From positions 256,001 through 320,000 of the forward strand of contig CAWIBO010000003.1 of the NCBI GenBank assembly GCA_963834385.1: a DNA stretch of 64,000 bases. Direction: 5' to 3'. The DNA comes from an uncultured Verrucomicrobiae bacterium. GTDB taxonomy: Bacteria > Verrucomicrobiota > Verrucomicrobiia > Chthoniobacterales > UBA10450. Each line of letters opens with the position of its first letter. The stretch's first letter is position 1. The notes under the pieces are model-generated. The model saw nothing but the letters and a program-made list of their open reading frames with translations, had not been told where the DNA came from and ran no database searches. Positions 55,544 through 64,000 of this stretch are shown here, in pieces. Made by a program: the position numbers and the translations under genes.

Positions 55544-56299
55544 ATGACCTTTCGGACCTGCCTCATCTATCTCGCTCTGCTGCTGGTGTCGAGCAGCGCG
55601 CCGGGCGCCGGAGTCCCGGCCGGTTGCGAGCAGTTGATCGTTTCCATCGCCCCGGACTGGGATTCGTTCACCGGCCGGCTGCAGAGATTTGAGCGGCGCC
55701 GCGGCGGCCCATGGCGCCCGGTGGGCCCGGCGGTGCCTGTGCTCTACGGCAGCAAGGGACTCGCCTGGGGCACCGGGATCGCCGGCCAGGACGAAGCCGG
55801 ACCACGCAAAGTCGAACGCGATAAACGCGCGCCCGCCGGCCTTTTTGCCATTGGCCGCATCTTCACCTACGACAGCGCCCTGCCCGAGGGCGCCGATTTT
55901 CCTTTTCACCAGGTGACCACCCGCGACGCCTGGGTCGATGACCCGGCGCATCCCCGCTACAACCAGTTCCTCCAGATCGATGACCCGTCGAATCCGCCGC
56001 CCTGGTTCGAGAAACAAAAAATGCGGCACAACGATTTCGCCTATCGCTGGCTGATCGAGGTCCGCCACAATTCCGATCCGCCTGTGGCCGGCGCCGGCAG
56101 CGCCATCTTCTTTCACATCCGGCGCGGCGTGAAACGGCCCACCGCGGGATGCACCACCATGAAGGAGTCCGATCTGGTTTCGCTCATCCGCTGGCTGCGC
56201 GCGCCGAAGAATCCGGTTTACGCGCTTCTCCCGGCCGGGGAATACCGCCGCAAATGGCAGGCCTGGGATCTCCCGCCGCCCGCCGTCGCCCCGTTCTAA
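55544..56299 (+). CDS. L,D-transpeptidase (YkuD-like) family protein
   Basis: Signal peptide, then GSAIFFH and PTAGC (His/Cys dyad). Confidence 0.88.
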   Translation: MTFRTCLIYLALLLVSSSAPGAGVPAGCEQLIVSIAPDWDSFTGRLQRFERRRGGPWRPVGPAVPVLYGSKGLAWGTGIAGQDEAGPRKVERDKRAPAGLFAIGRIFTYDSALPEGADFPFHQVTTRDAWVDDPAHPRYNQFLQIDDPSNPPPWFEKQKMRHNDFAYRWLIEVRHNSDPPVAGAGSAIFFHIRRGVKRPTAGCTTMKESDLVSLIRWLRAPKNPVYALLPAGEYRRKWQAWDLPPPAVAPF

Positions 56300-57662
56300 T
56301 CCCCGGAAGTTTCCGCGCCGCGGGGGCGGCGTCGCGGTTTCGCAGGGTCTTCCAGCATTCAAGGAATCCCGGCGCAAATTCATGCGGCCGCGCTTCCGTC
56401 CAGCGGTCGACCAGGTCCGGCGGGAAGAAATCGCCCAGCTCGATCTCCGACGGGGGGAGCACAAACGGCCCGTCGCTTTTGCCACGGTATATCCGGATAA
56501 ACTCCATCCCGGTTTTCTCCGAGGCGGGCAGCGCGCCCGCAGACTCGAGCGGGGTCTCGATCCCCAGCTCCTCCTGCAGCTCCCGCGCGGCCGCCTCGTC
56601 ATATTCCTCCCCGGCATCCACATGCCCCGCCGCGCTGGAATCCCAGACTCCCGGGTGCCGGTCCTTCCAGGGCGATCTTTTTTGCAGGAAGAGGTCGCCG
56701 TTCGCCCGGAAAAGGAGGATGTGCACGGCCCGGTGCCGCAAGTTATCCCCATGCACCTGCGCGCGCGGGGCCGCCCCGGTCACCCGGTCATTTTCGTCGA
56801 CCACGACGAACCGTTCCTCCGCGCGGCTCTTCTCCGTGGCGATGGCTTCCCGCATGCGAAAAGCGGCCAGGGCAATCCACTGGGAAAGACTCAATTCCTC
56901 CGCTCGCGCCGTCGCGGAGCAACCCACGAGGGCGGCCGCTTCCTCCCAGCCCGGGATCTCCTCGCGCAAAAGTTTTTGCAGTTGCTTGCGCCGCTGGGAA
57001 AACCCGGCGCGCACCAGCCGCGCAAAGGTTCCATGGTCGCAGGCCGGCAGTTCTCCGGGAGCGCGCGGCGTCAGCTCGACCAGGCCGGAATCGACTTCGG
57101 GTTGCGGCAGAAAAACGGAAGGGGAAACCGTGCGCAAAAATTTTACGCGATAGTGCAACTGCACCATGAGGGAGAGCGCGCCGTAATCCTGCGAGCCCGG
57201 CGCCGCCGCGAGACGCAACGCCATCTCCTTCTGTAACATGAACAACGCGTGCGAGATATAACTTGGATATCCGGCGAAGCGAAAAAGCAGCGGCGTGGCG
57301 ATGTAGTAGGGAAGGTTGCCCAGGCAAATGACGCGCTTCTCCGCCAGCAACGCTTTCGGGTCGTAGTCGAGCGCGTCGCCGTGCACCACGCTGAAAGATT
57401 TTTCGCCAAATTTTTCCTGTAGAAATTTTGCCAGTCGCCCGTCTTTCTCGAGCGCAAGGACTTTGGCTCCTTTCTCCAGGATAAACTCCGTCAGCGCCCC
57501 GAGGCCGGGCCCAATTTCCAGAACGAAATCGCCCGGGCCGACCCCGGCGTGCTCGACGATCCAGCGGGCCAGATTTTGATCATGCAGAAAATTCTGGCCC
57601 AGCGTTTTGACCGGGCGGACCTCGATTTGGCGCAGGGTGGCTTCAATCTCGGACAGTTTCAT
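56184..57662 (-). CDS. rsmA: 16S rRNA dimethyltransferase RsmA/KsgA fused to a Nudix hydrolase domain
   Basis: LGQNFL, EIGPGLG, GNLPY, MLQKE, PEVDS, then in frame a full Nudix box GHVDAGEEYDEAAARELQEELGI. The 3' end is uncertain because it overlaps the convergent gene. Confidence 0.92.
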   Translation of the reverse strand: MKLSEIEATLRQIEVRPVKTLGQNFLHDQNLARWIVEHAGVGPGDFVLEIGPGLGALTEFILEKGAKVLALEKDGRLAKFLQEKFGEKSFSVVHGDALDYDPKALLAEKRVICLGNLPYYIATPLLFRFAGYPSYISHALFMLQKEMALRLAAAPGSQDYGALSLMVQLHYRVKFLRTVSPSVFLPQPEVDSGLVELTPRAPGELPACDHGTFARLVRAGFSQRRKQLQKLLREEIPGWEEAAALVGCSATARAEELSLSQWIALAAFRMREAIATEKSRAEERFVVVDENDRVTGAAPRAQVHGDNLRHRAVHILLFRANGDLFLQKRSPWKDRHPGVWDSSAAGHVDAGEEYDEAAARELQEELGIETPLESAGALPASEKTGMEFIRIYRGKSDGPFVLPPSEIELGDFFPPDLVDRWTEARPHEFAPGFLECWKTLRNRDAAPAARKLPGIRTGRRRAAGDPRPAICGGIPRPGEARKPDSSARAASG

Positions 57663-57698
57663 GGCGGCGACGCCGGCTGGTCCCGGATGGGCAGGGCG

Positions 57699-57762
57699 TT
57701 GTTCACAATTTTGTGTGAACAATCCTCCCCGGAACGGACGATTTCTTCACAAGTTATTCACA
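57699..57762. promoter_or_regulatory. Cluster of four DnaA-box-like 9-mers
   Basis: TTGTTCACA, TGTGAACAA (inverted), TTCTTCACA and TTATTCACA, compared with consensus TTWTNCACA. Confidence 0.6.
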
Positions 57763-58945
57763 GGCGATCGACCGTTCCCTCTTTGCGGGTCGGGTTGCGC
57801 CCGGGGAGGGCGTGCCGGGGCGCCTTTTTCCGGCTCTTGAGATAGGTGCGGCGCGCGTCCTGCAGGGTCAGGTTCTCGATGAAATAGGCGATGGCCGCGC
57901 GCCCGAGCCCGTAGGTGCCGGCCCCCGCGACCATGCCCGAGACCACGTTCCCCCAGCCGGGGAACACCTTGAGAATGGCCCGGGCGCCTTCCCGCAGGAG
58001 CATCCCGGCGCCCACGTTGACCCCAAGGGCGGCAAGGAACTCGGTGGCCGCGCGGAGGCTGCGCTCGCGGCCGCTCAATTGCATGATGCCCGAGACCATC
58101 ACGAGCTGAAGCGTGGTCAGGACCGGCAGGTCGGCGAGCGGAATCGGCTGCGCGCCAATGGCTGCGCAAATCGCGGAGGTCGATTTGACCAGGGTCTGCG
58201 CAATCTGGACCTGCGCGGTCCGGTCGCGCATGACCCGGATCATTTCGACGCGGGCCTGGTTCGGAACATGTTCGATCAGGAGCCCGGCCAGCGTCGAGGG
58301 CGTGCTGTCATCGTCGGGCGGAGCGGGGAAAAGCGGCGCCTCCACCACACCAAGAAGATGTTCACCCAACGGCGCCCGATCGATCAGCGCGGCCTGCAAC
58401 CTGTCCAGGCGTTCCGCTGCCGACGTGTGCGCGCGCTGGCCGTTGCCGCGCGGGTCCGCCGGCGGTTGTGTCACGATTCCCACCACGCCGGCCGGGTGGC
58501 TGTTCCGCTTCAGGAGCACGGCCAGGTTCTCCAGCTCCGCCTTTCGCGAAGGCCTGGCCACTTCGCCATCCTCCACGAAAAGGAAAAGATCGGCCGGGCG
58601 GGTCTGGAGCGCGCCGGTGATTTTGTCCAGCGCCCCGGTGTCGGCCCCGCGCGCATCCAGCACGGCGAGGAGGCCATTGTTCCCGAGGGAAAGTTCCTGC
58701 CAGCGAAAAATTTCCAGGAGAAGATCGCGATACCGTTCCACCGGCGCGGCGGTGACGGCATGGAGGAGGTCCTGGAGCGGGAGCTTGCCGGGGCCGACCA
58801 GGACCAGCCGGGCGGCGCGTTGTTCCAGGAAAAGTTCCTTGAGCGGCGTCAGCTCGCGCAGGACCGGCTTCTGGATTGAGTCCGGCAATTTGCCCATGAA
58901 GCCTTCCAGTTTCTGGACGATGTGCAGGAGAAGGGATTGGTTCAT
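57758..58945 (-). CDS. DUF697-like protein with a degenerate GTPase-like N-terminal domain
   Basis: C-terminal AQPIPLADLPVLTTLQ and VAGAGTYGLG. The N-terminus retains LDARG but has no GKS. Confidence 0.75.
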   Translation of the reverse strand: MNQSLLLHIVQKLEGFMGKLPDSIQKPVLRELTPLKELFLEQRAARLVLVGPGKLPLQDLLHAVTAAPVERYRDLLLEIFRWQELSLGNNGLLAVLDARGADTGALDKITGALQTRPADLFLFVEDGEVARPSRKAELENLAVLLKRNSHPAGVVGIVTQPPADPRGNGQRAHTSAAERLDRLQAALIDRAPLGEHLLGVVEAPLFPAPPDDDSTPSTLAGLLIEHVPNQARVEMIRVMRDRTAQVQIAQTLVKSTSAICAAIGAQPIPLADLPVLTTLQLVMVSGIMQLSGRERSLRAATEFLAALGVNVGAGMLLREGARAILKVFPGWGNVVSGMVAGAGTYGLGRAAIAYFIENLTLQDARRTYLKSRKKAPRHALPGRNPTRKEGTVDRL

Positions 58946-59048
58946 GGGCGGGCTTCCCCATCACTCCGTTTTCTTGGGGCGGAATGCAAATCGCGCGGCG
59001 TCGGAAAACGCGTCGACTTTGCCGCCAGTTTTCCGATAGTGGCTGACG

Positions 59049-61034
59049 ATGAAGCTGAACGTCGAAATTCTCTCGCGCGCGGCCAACGAAGCCCGCGGCC
59101 TCGCCATGGATGCGGTGCACACGTCGAAATCGGGGCATCTCGGTCTTCCGCTGGGGTGCGCCGAGATGGGCGCGGTCCTTTACGGGAACTTGCTCCAGCA
59201 TAACCCCGACAAACCGCGCTGGATCGGCCGCGATTATCTCGTCCTCTCGGCCGGGCACGGCAGCATGTTTCTCTACGCCTGGCTCCACCTCAGCGGCTAC
59301 GACCTTTCGCTCGACGACCTCCGGGCCTTTCGCCAGCTCCATAGCAAGACACCGGGTCACCCGGAATTTTTTGAAACGCCCGGGGTTGAATGCACCACCG
59401 GTCCGCTTGGCCAGGGCGTCGGCAACGCCGTCGGCATTGCCATGGCGGCAAAAATGGCCGCCGCCCGCTTCAACACCGCGGAACACCCGATCTTCGATCA
59501 GCACGTCTTTTGTCTGGCCGGCGATGGCTGCATGCAGGAAGGCGTGGCCGCGGAGGCGAGCGCCTTTGCCGGTCATTTCGGCCTCGATAACCTGATCCTG
59601 ATTTATGATTCGAACGCCGTCACGCTCGACGCCATGGCCGCGGCCACGCAGAGCGAGGACACGGGCAAGCGCTATCAGGCCTACGGGTTTGACGTCCAGA
59701 AAGTGGACGGCGCCGACATGCCCGCTTTTCTCCGCGCGCTGAAGAAGGCGAAGGGGCGGGACAACGGGAAACCGCAGCTCATCATCGCGCAGACGCTCAT
59801 CGGGAAAGGCATCCCGGAAGTTTCCGGCACGGCCAAGGCGCACGGCGAGAGCGGCGCCAAGTTTGTCGATGAGGCCCGGCGAAACCTCGGCCTGCCCGAC
59901 GAGAAATATTTCGTCTCGGGGGAGGTCCGCGAATATTTCGCGAAGCACAAAAAAGCGCTGCTCCGGCAGTATAAAAAATGGGAACGCGGTTACGAAGCCT
60001 GGCGGGCGAACAATCCGGAACTGGCCCGGCAGCTCGACGACGCCATTGAGAAGAAGGTGCCGGGCGACCTGTCCGGGCGAATCCCGTCCTTTCCCTCCGA
60101 TGCCAAACTGGCCACGCGCAAGGCGGGCGGCGAAGTCCTCCAGCCGATCGCGCAGGCCCTCCCGCTGCTCATCAGCGGCAGCGCCGACCTGCATGGTTCC
60201 ACCCTGAATTACATCGACGAGGGCGGGGATTTTTCGCGCGAGAACCCGAAAGGCCGCAACATCCGTTACGGCATCCGCGAACATGGCATGTGCGCCATCA
60301 TGAACGGCGTGGCCTACCACGGCATCTTTCGCGCGAGCGGCGCCACCTTCCTCGTCTTTTCCGATTATTGCCGCGCCTCCATCCGCCTGGCGGCGCTCTC
60401 GAAGCTCCCGAACATCTACATCTTCACGCATGACTCCGTTGGCGTCGGCGAGGATGGTCCCACCCATGAGCCGGTCGAGACGGTCAGCGCGCTGCGTTTG
60501 ATTCCGCAGCTGGATGTCATTCGCCCGGCCGATCCCGAGGAAACGGCAGCGGCTTTCGTCGCGGCGGCGGAGCGGACCGACGGGCCGACCCTGCTTTCGC
60601 TTACGCGCCAGGCCGTGCCGAACCTGAACGAGATTGAGGTGGAAACACGGCGCGAAGGCGTTCGGCGGGGCGGTTACATCGCGCGCCGGGAGACCGGCGA
60701 ACTCGATCTCATCCTTCTTTCCTGCGGAAGCGAGTTGCAGCACGCGCTCGCGGCCGCGCGGGAGCTGGGCGGGGGGACCCGCGTCGTTTCCCTGCCTTGC
60801 TTCGAGCGCTTTGCCCGGCAGTCAGACGATTACCGCGAGGAGGTTCTGCCGAAAGCCTGCCGGAAACGGGTGGCGATCGAGGCGGGTGTGCCGCAGCTCT
60901 GGCGGCAGTTTGTCGGCCTCGACGGCCGGGTGATCGGCCTCGAGCGTTTCGGCCTGAGCGCCCCGGGCGACGTGGTCATGCAGGAGCTGGGCATCACCGC
61001 GGCCAGCGTGATCGAGGCGGCGCGCAGCCTTTGA
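59049..61034 (+). CDS. tkt: Transketolase
   Basis: [41 protein letters not shown]. Confidence 0.98.
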   Translation: MKLNVEILSRAANEARGLAMDAVHTSKSGHLGLPLGCAEMGAVLYGNLLQHNPDKPRWIGRDYLVLSAGHGSMFLYAWLHLSGYDLSLDDLRAFRQLHSKTPGHPEFFETPGVECTTGPLGQGVGNAVGIAMAAKMAAARFNTAEHPIFDQHVFCLAGDGCMQEGVAAEASAFAGHFGLDNLILIYDSNAVTLDAMAAATQSEDTGKRYQAYGFDVQKVDGADMPAFLRALKKAKGRDNGKPQLIIAQTLIGKGIPEVSGTAKAHGESGAKFVDEARRNLGLPDEKYFVSGEVREYFAKHKKALLRQYKKWERGYEAWRANNPELARQLDDAIEKKVPGDLSGRIPSFPSDAKLATRKAGGEVLQPIAQALPLLISGSADLHGSTLNYIDEGGDFSRENPKGRNIRYGIREHGMCAIMNGVAYHGIFRASGATFLVFSDYCRASIRLAALSKLPNIYIFTHDSVGVGEDGPTHEPVETVSALRLIPQLDVIRPADPEETAAAFVAAAERTDGPTLLSLTRQAVPNLNEIEVETRREGVRRGGYIARRETGELDLILLSCGSELQHALAAARELGGGTRVVSLPCFERFARQSDDYREEVLPKACRKRVAIEAGVPQLWRQFVGLDGRVIGLERFGLSAPGDVVMQELGITAASVIEAARSL

Positions 61035-61061
61035 TTCTCCATGCCGGCAGGGTTCCGGGGT

Positions 61062-61505
61062 TTAGAGACTCTTGATAAAACAGACGTTGCGCCCGACCTC
61101 GCGAAAACCGGTCGCGAGATGCGCCCGGATGGAATGTGTGTTTGCGCTCTCCGCGTCGCTGCCCAGCTCGCGGTAGCCAAGGTCCCGGGCCCAATCTTCT
61201 GCGGCGCGCAAGAGAGCGCGCCCCACGCCGCGGCCGCGAAACTCCGCTTCCACATACCAGCCTTCGAGATAGGGAACGGGCGAGGCGGCGCTTCCCTCCA
61301 CCGGATCGTTTCGCACCACGACCTCCGCGAAACCGCAGGGCCGGTCCCCGGCCCGGGCCAGCAAAACAACGGTATCCGGCTTTTCGTAAAAGGCTTTTTC
61401 GAGGGCGTGACGCTCGGGCGGACATTCCGGCCAAAGCTCATGGCGCATCCGCGCCCAGTCGTCCTGGTCCTTCTCGCGCAGCGGGGTCACCGAGATCTCG
61501 GACAT
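61062..61505 (-). CDS. GNAT acetyltransferase, AAC(6')-I-like
   Basis: MRHELWP, GFAE, YLEGWYV, RGRGVG, ELGSD, AHLATGF. Confidence 0.85.
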   Translation of the reverse strand: MSEISVTPLREKDQDDWARMRHELWPECPPERHALEKAFYEKPDTVVLLARAGDRPCGFAEVVVRNDPVEGSAASPVPYLEGWYVEAEFRGRGVGRALLRAAEDWARDLGYRELGSDAESANTHSIRAHLATGFREVGRNVCFIKSL

Positions 61506-61615
61506 GGCCCGATGATGACGCGGAAGCGCCGGAGAGGCAACGGCGTTGCCGCCACCCTGGGGTCTCTCAGGAGAACCGGCGCCAGGCCGGGGCGTTCCTG
61601 AGAGATGAAACTCGA

Positions 61616-63107
61616 TCAGTTCGGCTCTGAGCCGGACCGGGCGCGGTCCTCGAACCGGGTGAATTCCTTCAGGAAAGTGAGCGGCACTTCGCCGACCGGG
61701 CCGTTGCGCTGTTTCGCGATGATCAGCTCGGCTTCGCCCGCTTTTTCCGCGCGCGCTTCCTCGTCCTCCTCGTAGACTTCAGGCCGCACGAGCAGGCCCG
61801 ACCAGGTCGGCGTCCTGCTCGATTGAACCCGATTCGCGCAGGTCGCTCAGGCGCGGTTTGCCGCCGGAGCGGGCTTCCGGCTGGCGATTCAACTGCGCCA
61901 GGACGATGACCGGCAGTTTCAATTCCTTGGCGATCCCCTTGAGGCCCGCGGAGATTTCCGAAATTTCGAGCTGCCGGTTTTCCTGCGCGCGCCGGGTGGT
62001 CGAGCGGAGAAGCTGGAGATAATCGACCACGATAAGCCGGATCCCGTGCTGGAGTTTCAGCCGGCGCGCCTTGGCCCGCAGTTCCAGGATGCTCAGGCCG
62101 GCGGTGTCATCGATGAAGATTTTGGCCTCGGCCAGTTTGGAGGCGGCGGTGGTGAGGCTGGGAAAATCGCGTTCGGCCAGGAAGCCTTCGCGCACCTTTT
62201 GCAGGTTCACCCGGGCGCGCGAGCAGAGAAGGCGTTGCACGAGCTGCTGGCTGCTCATTTCGAGCGAGAAAACCGCCACCGGCAGCCGGCCGGCGATGGC
62301 GACATGCTCGGCAATGTTCATCGCCAGCGCGGTCTTGCCCATGCTCGGCCGGGCCGCGATCACCACCATCTCGGCGTCGTGCAACCCGTTGGTCATGCGG
62401 TCGAGCTCGGTGAACCCGGTGGAAATGCCGGTGATGCCGCCCTGGCGCTCGTAAAGTTTCTCGATCGACTCGATCGCCTCCATCACCTGGTCCTTCATCG
62501 AGGGCATCTCGCCTTTGAAGCGGTCTTCCCCCACGGCCATGATCTTTTGTTCCACCTCGTCGAGCAGGAGATTGACCTCGTCCTGTTCCTCGTAGGCGCG
62601 GCGGACGCTTTCCGTCGCGGCCAGGATGATCTGGCGGAGGATGTACTTGTCGCGGACGATCTCGAGGTAATAGCCGACGTTCGCGGAGGTCGGGACAAAG
62701 GTGAAAAGGCTGGTGACGAAGGCAGGCCCGCCCACGGCGTCGAGCAGGTTCCGGTCGCGCAGGACCTGGGTGAAGGTGATCAGGTCAATGCCCTGGCCCG
62801 CGTTCCAGAGTTCGACCATGGTGTCGAAGATCGTCTGGTGGGCCGGGATATAGAAATAATCCGCCGTAATCTTTTCCACGCACTCCGCGATGACTTCGCG
62901 GGGGGAGATGAGCATGGAACCGAGGACGCCCTGCTCCGCCTCGGGGCTGTGCGGCGGCGTCCGGTGAATATCCTGTGCAGAACCTGTGGATGAGCTGGGA
63001 AAAACTCTCCCGCCATTCGGGCCGGCCGAGCCTCGGGCGGCCCCGTTATCCTTCGGGGCTGTCTTGCGAGGCCTCTCAGGATTGCTCCCTTGAGGATCTC
63101 TCGGCAT
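61616..63107 (-). CDS. dnaB: Replicative DNA helicase (apparent frameshift at ~61798)
   Basis: PHSPEAEQ, ARPSMGKT, DYLQL, LRESGSIEQDAD. The corrected frame continues with IIAKQRNGP to TGA at 61616. Confidence 0.97.
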
Positions 63108-63632
63108 TTATTTCTTCCTGAAAAAGCCTCTCTTCGGGGCGCTTTCTTCTTCGACGGGTTCTTCGGTCTTCGGTTCCGCGGCCGACTTGACCTGGAACCG
63201 CAAAGTGGTGGGCACCTCGGAGTGCAGCTTGATCGTGACCTCGTGGTCGCCCGTGCTCTTGATCGGGTGTTCCAGCACGATCTTGTGACGGTCGATGTCG
63301 TAGCCGGTCTCGTTTTTCAGGCGGTTGACGATGTCCTGGGCCGTGACCGAGCCGAAAGCCTTGCCGGTCTCACCCGTCTCGAGGGTGAAAACCATCTTGG
63401 TTTTGCCGATGCGGCGGCTCATTTCCTCCGCCTCGTTCAATTCGCGCGCTTCGCGTTCGGCTCGCTTGGCTTTAAGCTGGTCGAGCTTGCGCAGGGCGGC
63501 CGGCGTGACCTCGAAGGCTTTGCCATGGGGCAGCAGATAATTGCGGGCGTAACCGCGGCGGACTTTGACCACATCAGCCTCGGCGCCGAGGCCGGGGATG
63601 TTTTCGGTAAGGATAAGATCGGTGGAAGGCAT
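63108..63632 (-). CDS. rplI: 50S ribosomal protein L9
   Basis: VKVRRGYARNYLLP, FGSVT, IKLH. Confidence 0.97.
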   Translation of the reverse strand: MPSTDLILTENIPGLGAEADVVKVRRGYARNYLLPHGKAFEVTPAALRKLDQLKAKRAEREARELNEAEEMSRRIGKTKMVFTLETGETGKAFGSVTAQDIVNRLKNETGYDIDRHKIVLEHPIKSTGDHEVTIKLHSEVPTTLRFQVKSAAEPKTEEPVEEESAPKRGFFRKK

Positions 63633-63669
63633 AAGAAAACCCGCGCGGGCGACCGCAGGCGGGAGGGGG

Positions 63670-63697
63670 ATTATAGAAGGTGGTGCCGCGCTGTCAA
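63670..63697 (-). promoter_or_regulatory. Consensus sigma70 promoter for rplI-dnaB
   Basis: The minus strand reads TTGACA-N16-TATAAT. Confidence 0.8.
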
Positions 63698-63788
63698 ACG
63701 CACCGAAACAAAGAACAGACAGCCGCCACCAACGCCTTTTTCAACCTTCATGCGCCTAATCGCTTAAACGTCCCGTTCCCCCCTGTTC

Positions 63789-63815
63789 GTCATCCCGAGC
63801 AAAGCGAGGGACCTC
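63789..63815. repeat. Short palindromic intergenic repeat-like element
   Basis: GTCATCCCGAGCAAAGCGAGGGACCTC forms an imperfect hairpin. Only one copy is in the window. Confidence 0.45.
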
Positions 63816-64000
63816 CCAAACAACCATCCAGCAACGCTTCAGAAAACGCGCTGCGAGAACTACAACGCAGGAACGGAATCGCGCAGTGATTCCTGGGTCT
63901 CAAATGATTCCTGTGCCACCTTGGTAGTACGAGTGACAATCAAAACGTTTTATTTAGCAACGTACCTTTTCTTCTATCGCTTGGGTCGAAGCTCGTGGTC

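Noticed and set aside
57700..57721. TGTTC...GAACA as a Verrucomicrobia LexA box
   Set aside because: The spacer is 12 nt rather than 4. It fits inverted DnaA-like boxes better.
61616..63107. dnaB as a pseudogene or intein-containing gene
   Set aside because: A single-base correction restores a normal C-terminus, and there is no inserted domain.

Overview
A GC-rich, gene-dense bacterial chromosomal segment. It is most likely Verrucomicrobia (Chthoniobacterales/Spartobacteria-like), inferred from the NLSTR-repeat matrixin, RsmA-Nudix fusion, dapL and hpnH/shc. Content is mostly core genome: nuoD and a fused nuoEF, fabD, ispD, eno, prfB with its programmed +1 frameshift, iscS/cysE, glgB, xseA, ruvB, purH, oppA, hpnH-shc, sodA, dapL, a tRNA-CAU, aas, rsmA, tkt, dnaB and rplI. 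I saw no CRISPR array, prophage or transposase. Six genes, including essential dnaB, each carry one extra base in a short homopolymer run, which is almost certainly long-read consensus error. Best leads: (1) a Spinster-type MFS divergent from an aas that lacks LplT, a possible alternative lysophospholipid-recycling module; (2) an RsmA-Nudix fusion with four DnaA-box-like 9-mers upstream, plus three phased boxes inside dnaB; (3) a TMTC-like glycosyltransferase next to a secreted Thr/Ser-repeat protein; (4) two BamE-like lipoproteins embedded between nuoD and nuoEF; (5) a PilGHI/Xap-like ABC+TPR operon; (6) a palindrome-dense ruvB-xseA spacer. All family calls come from motif recognition; no database searches were run.
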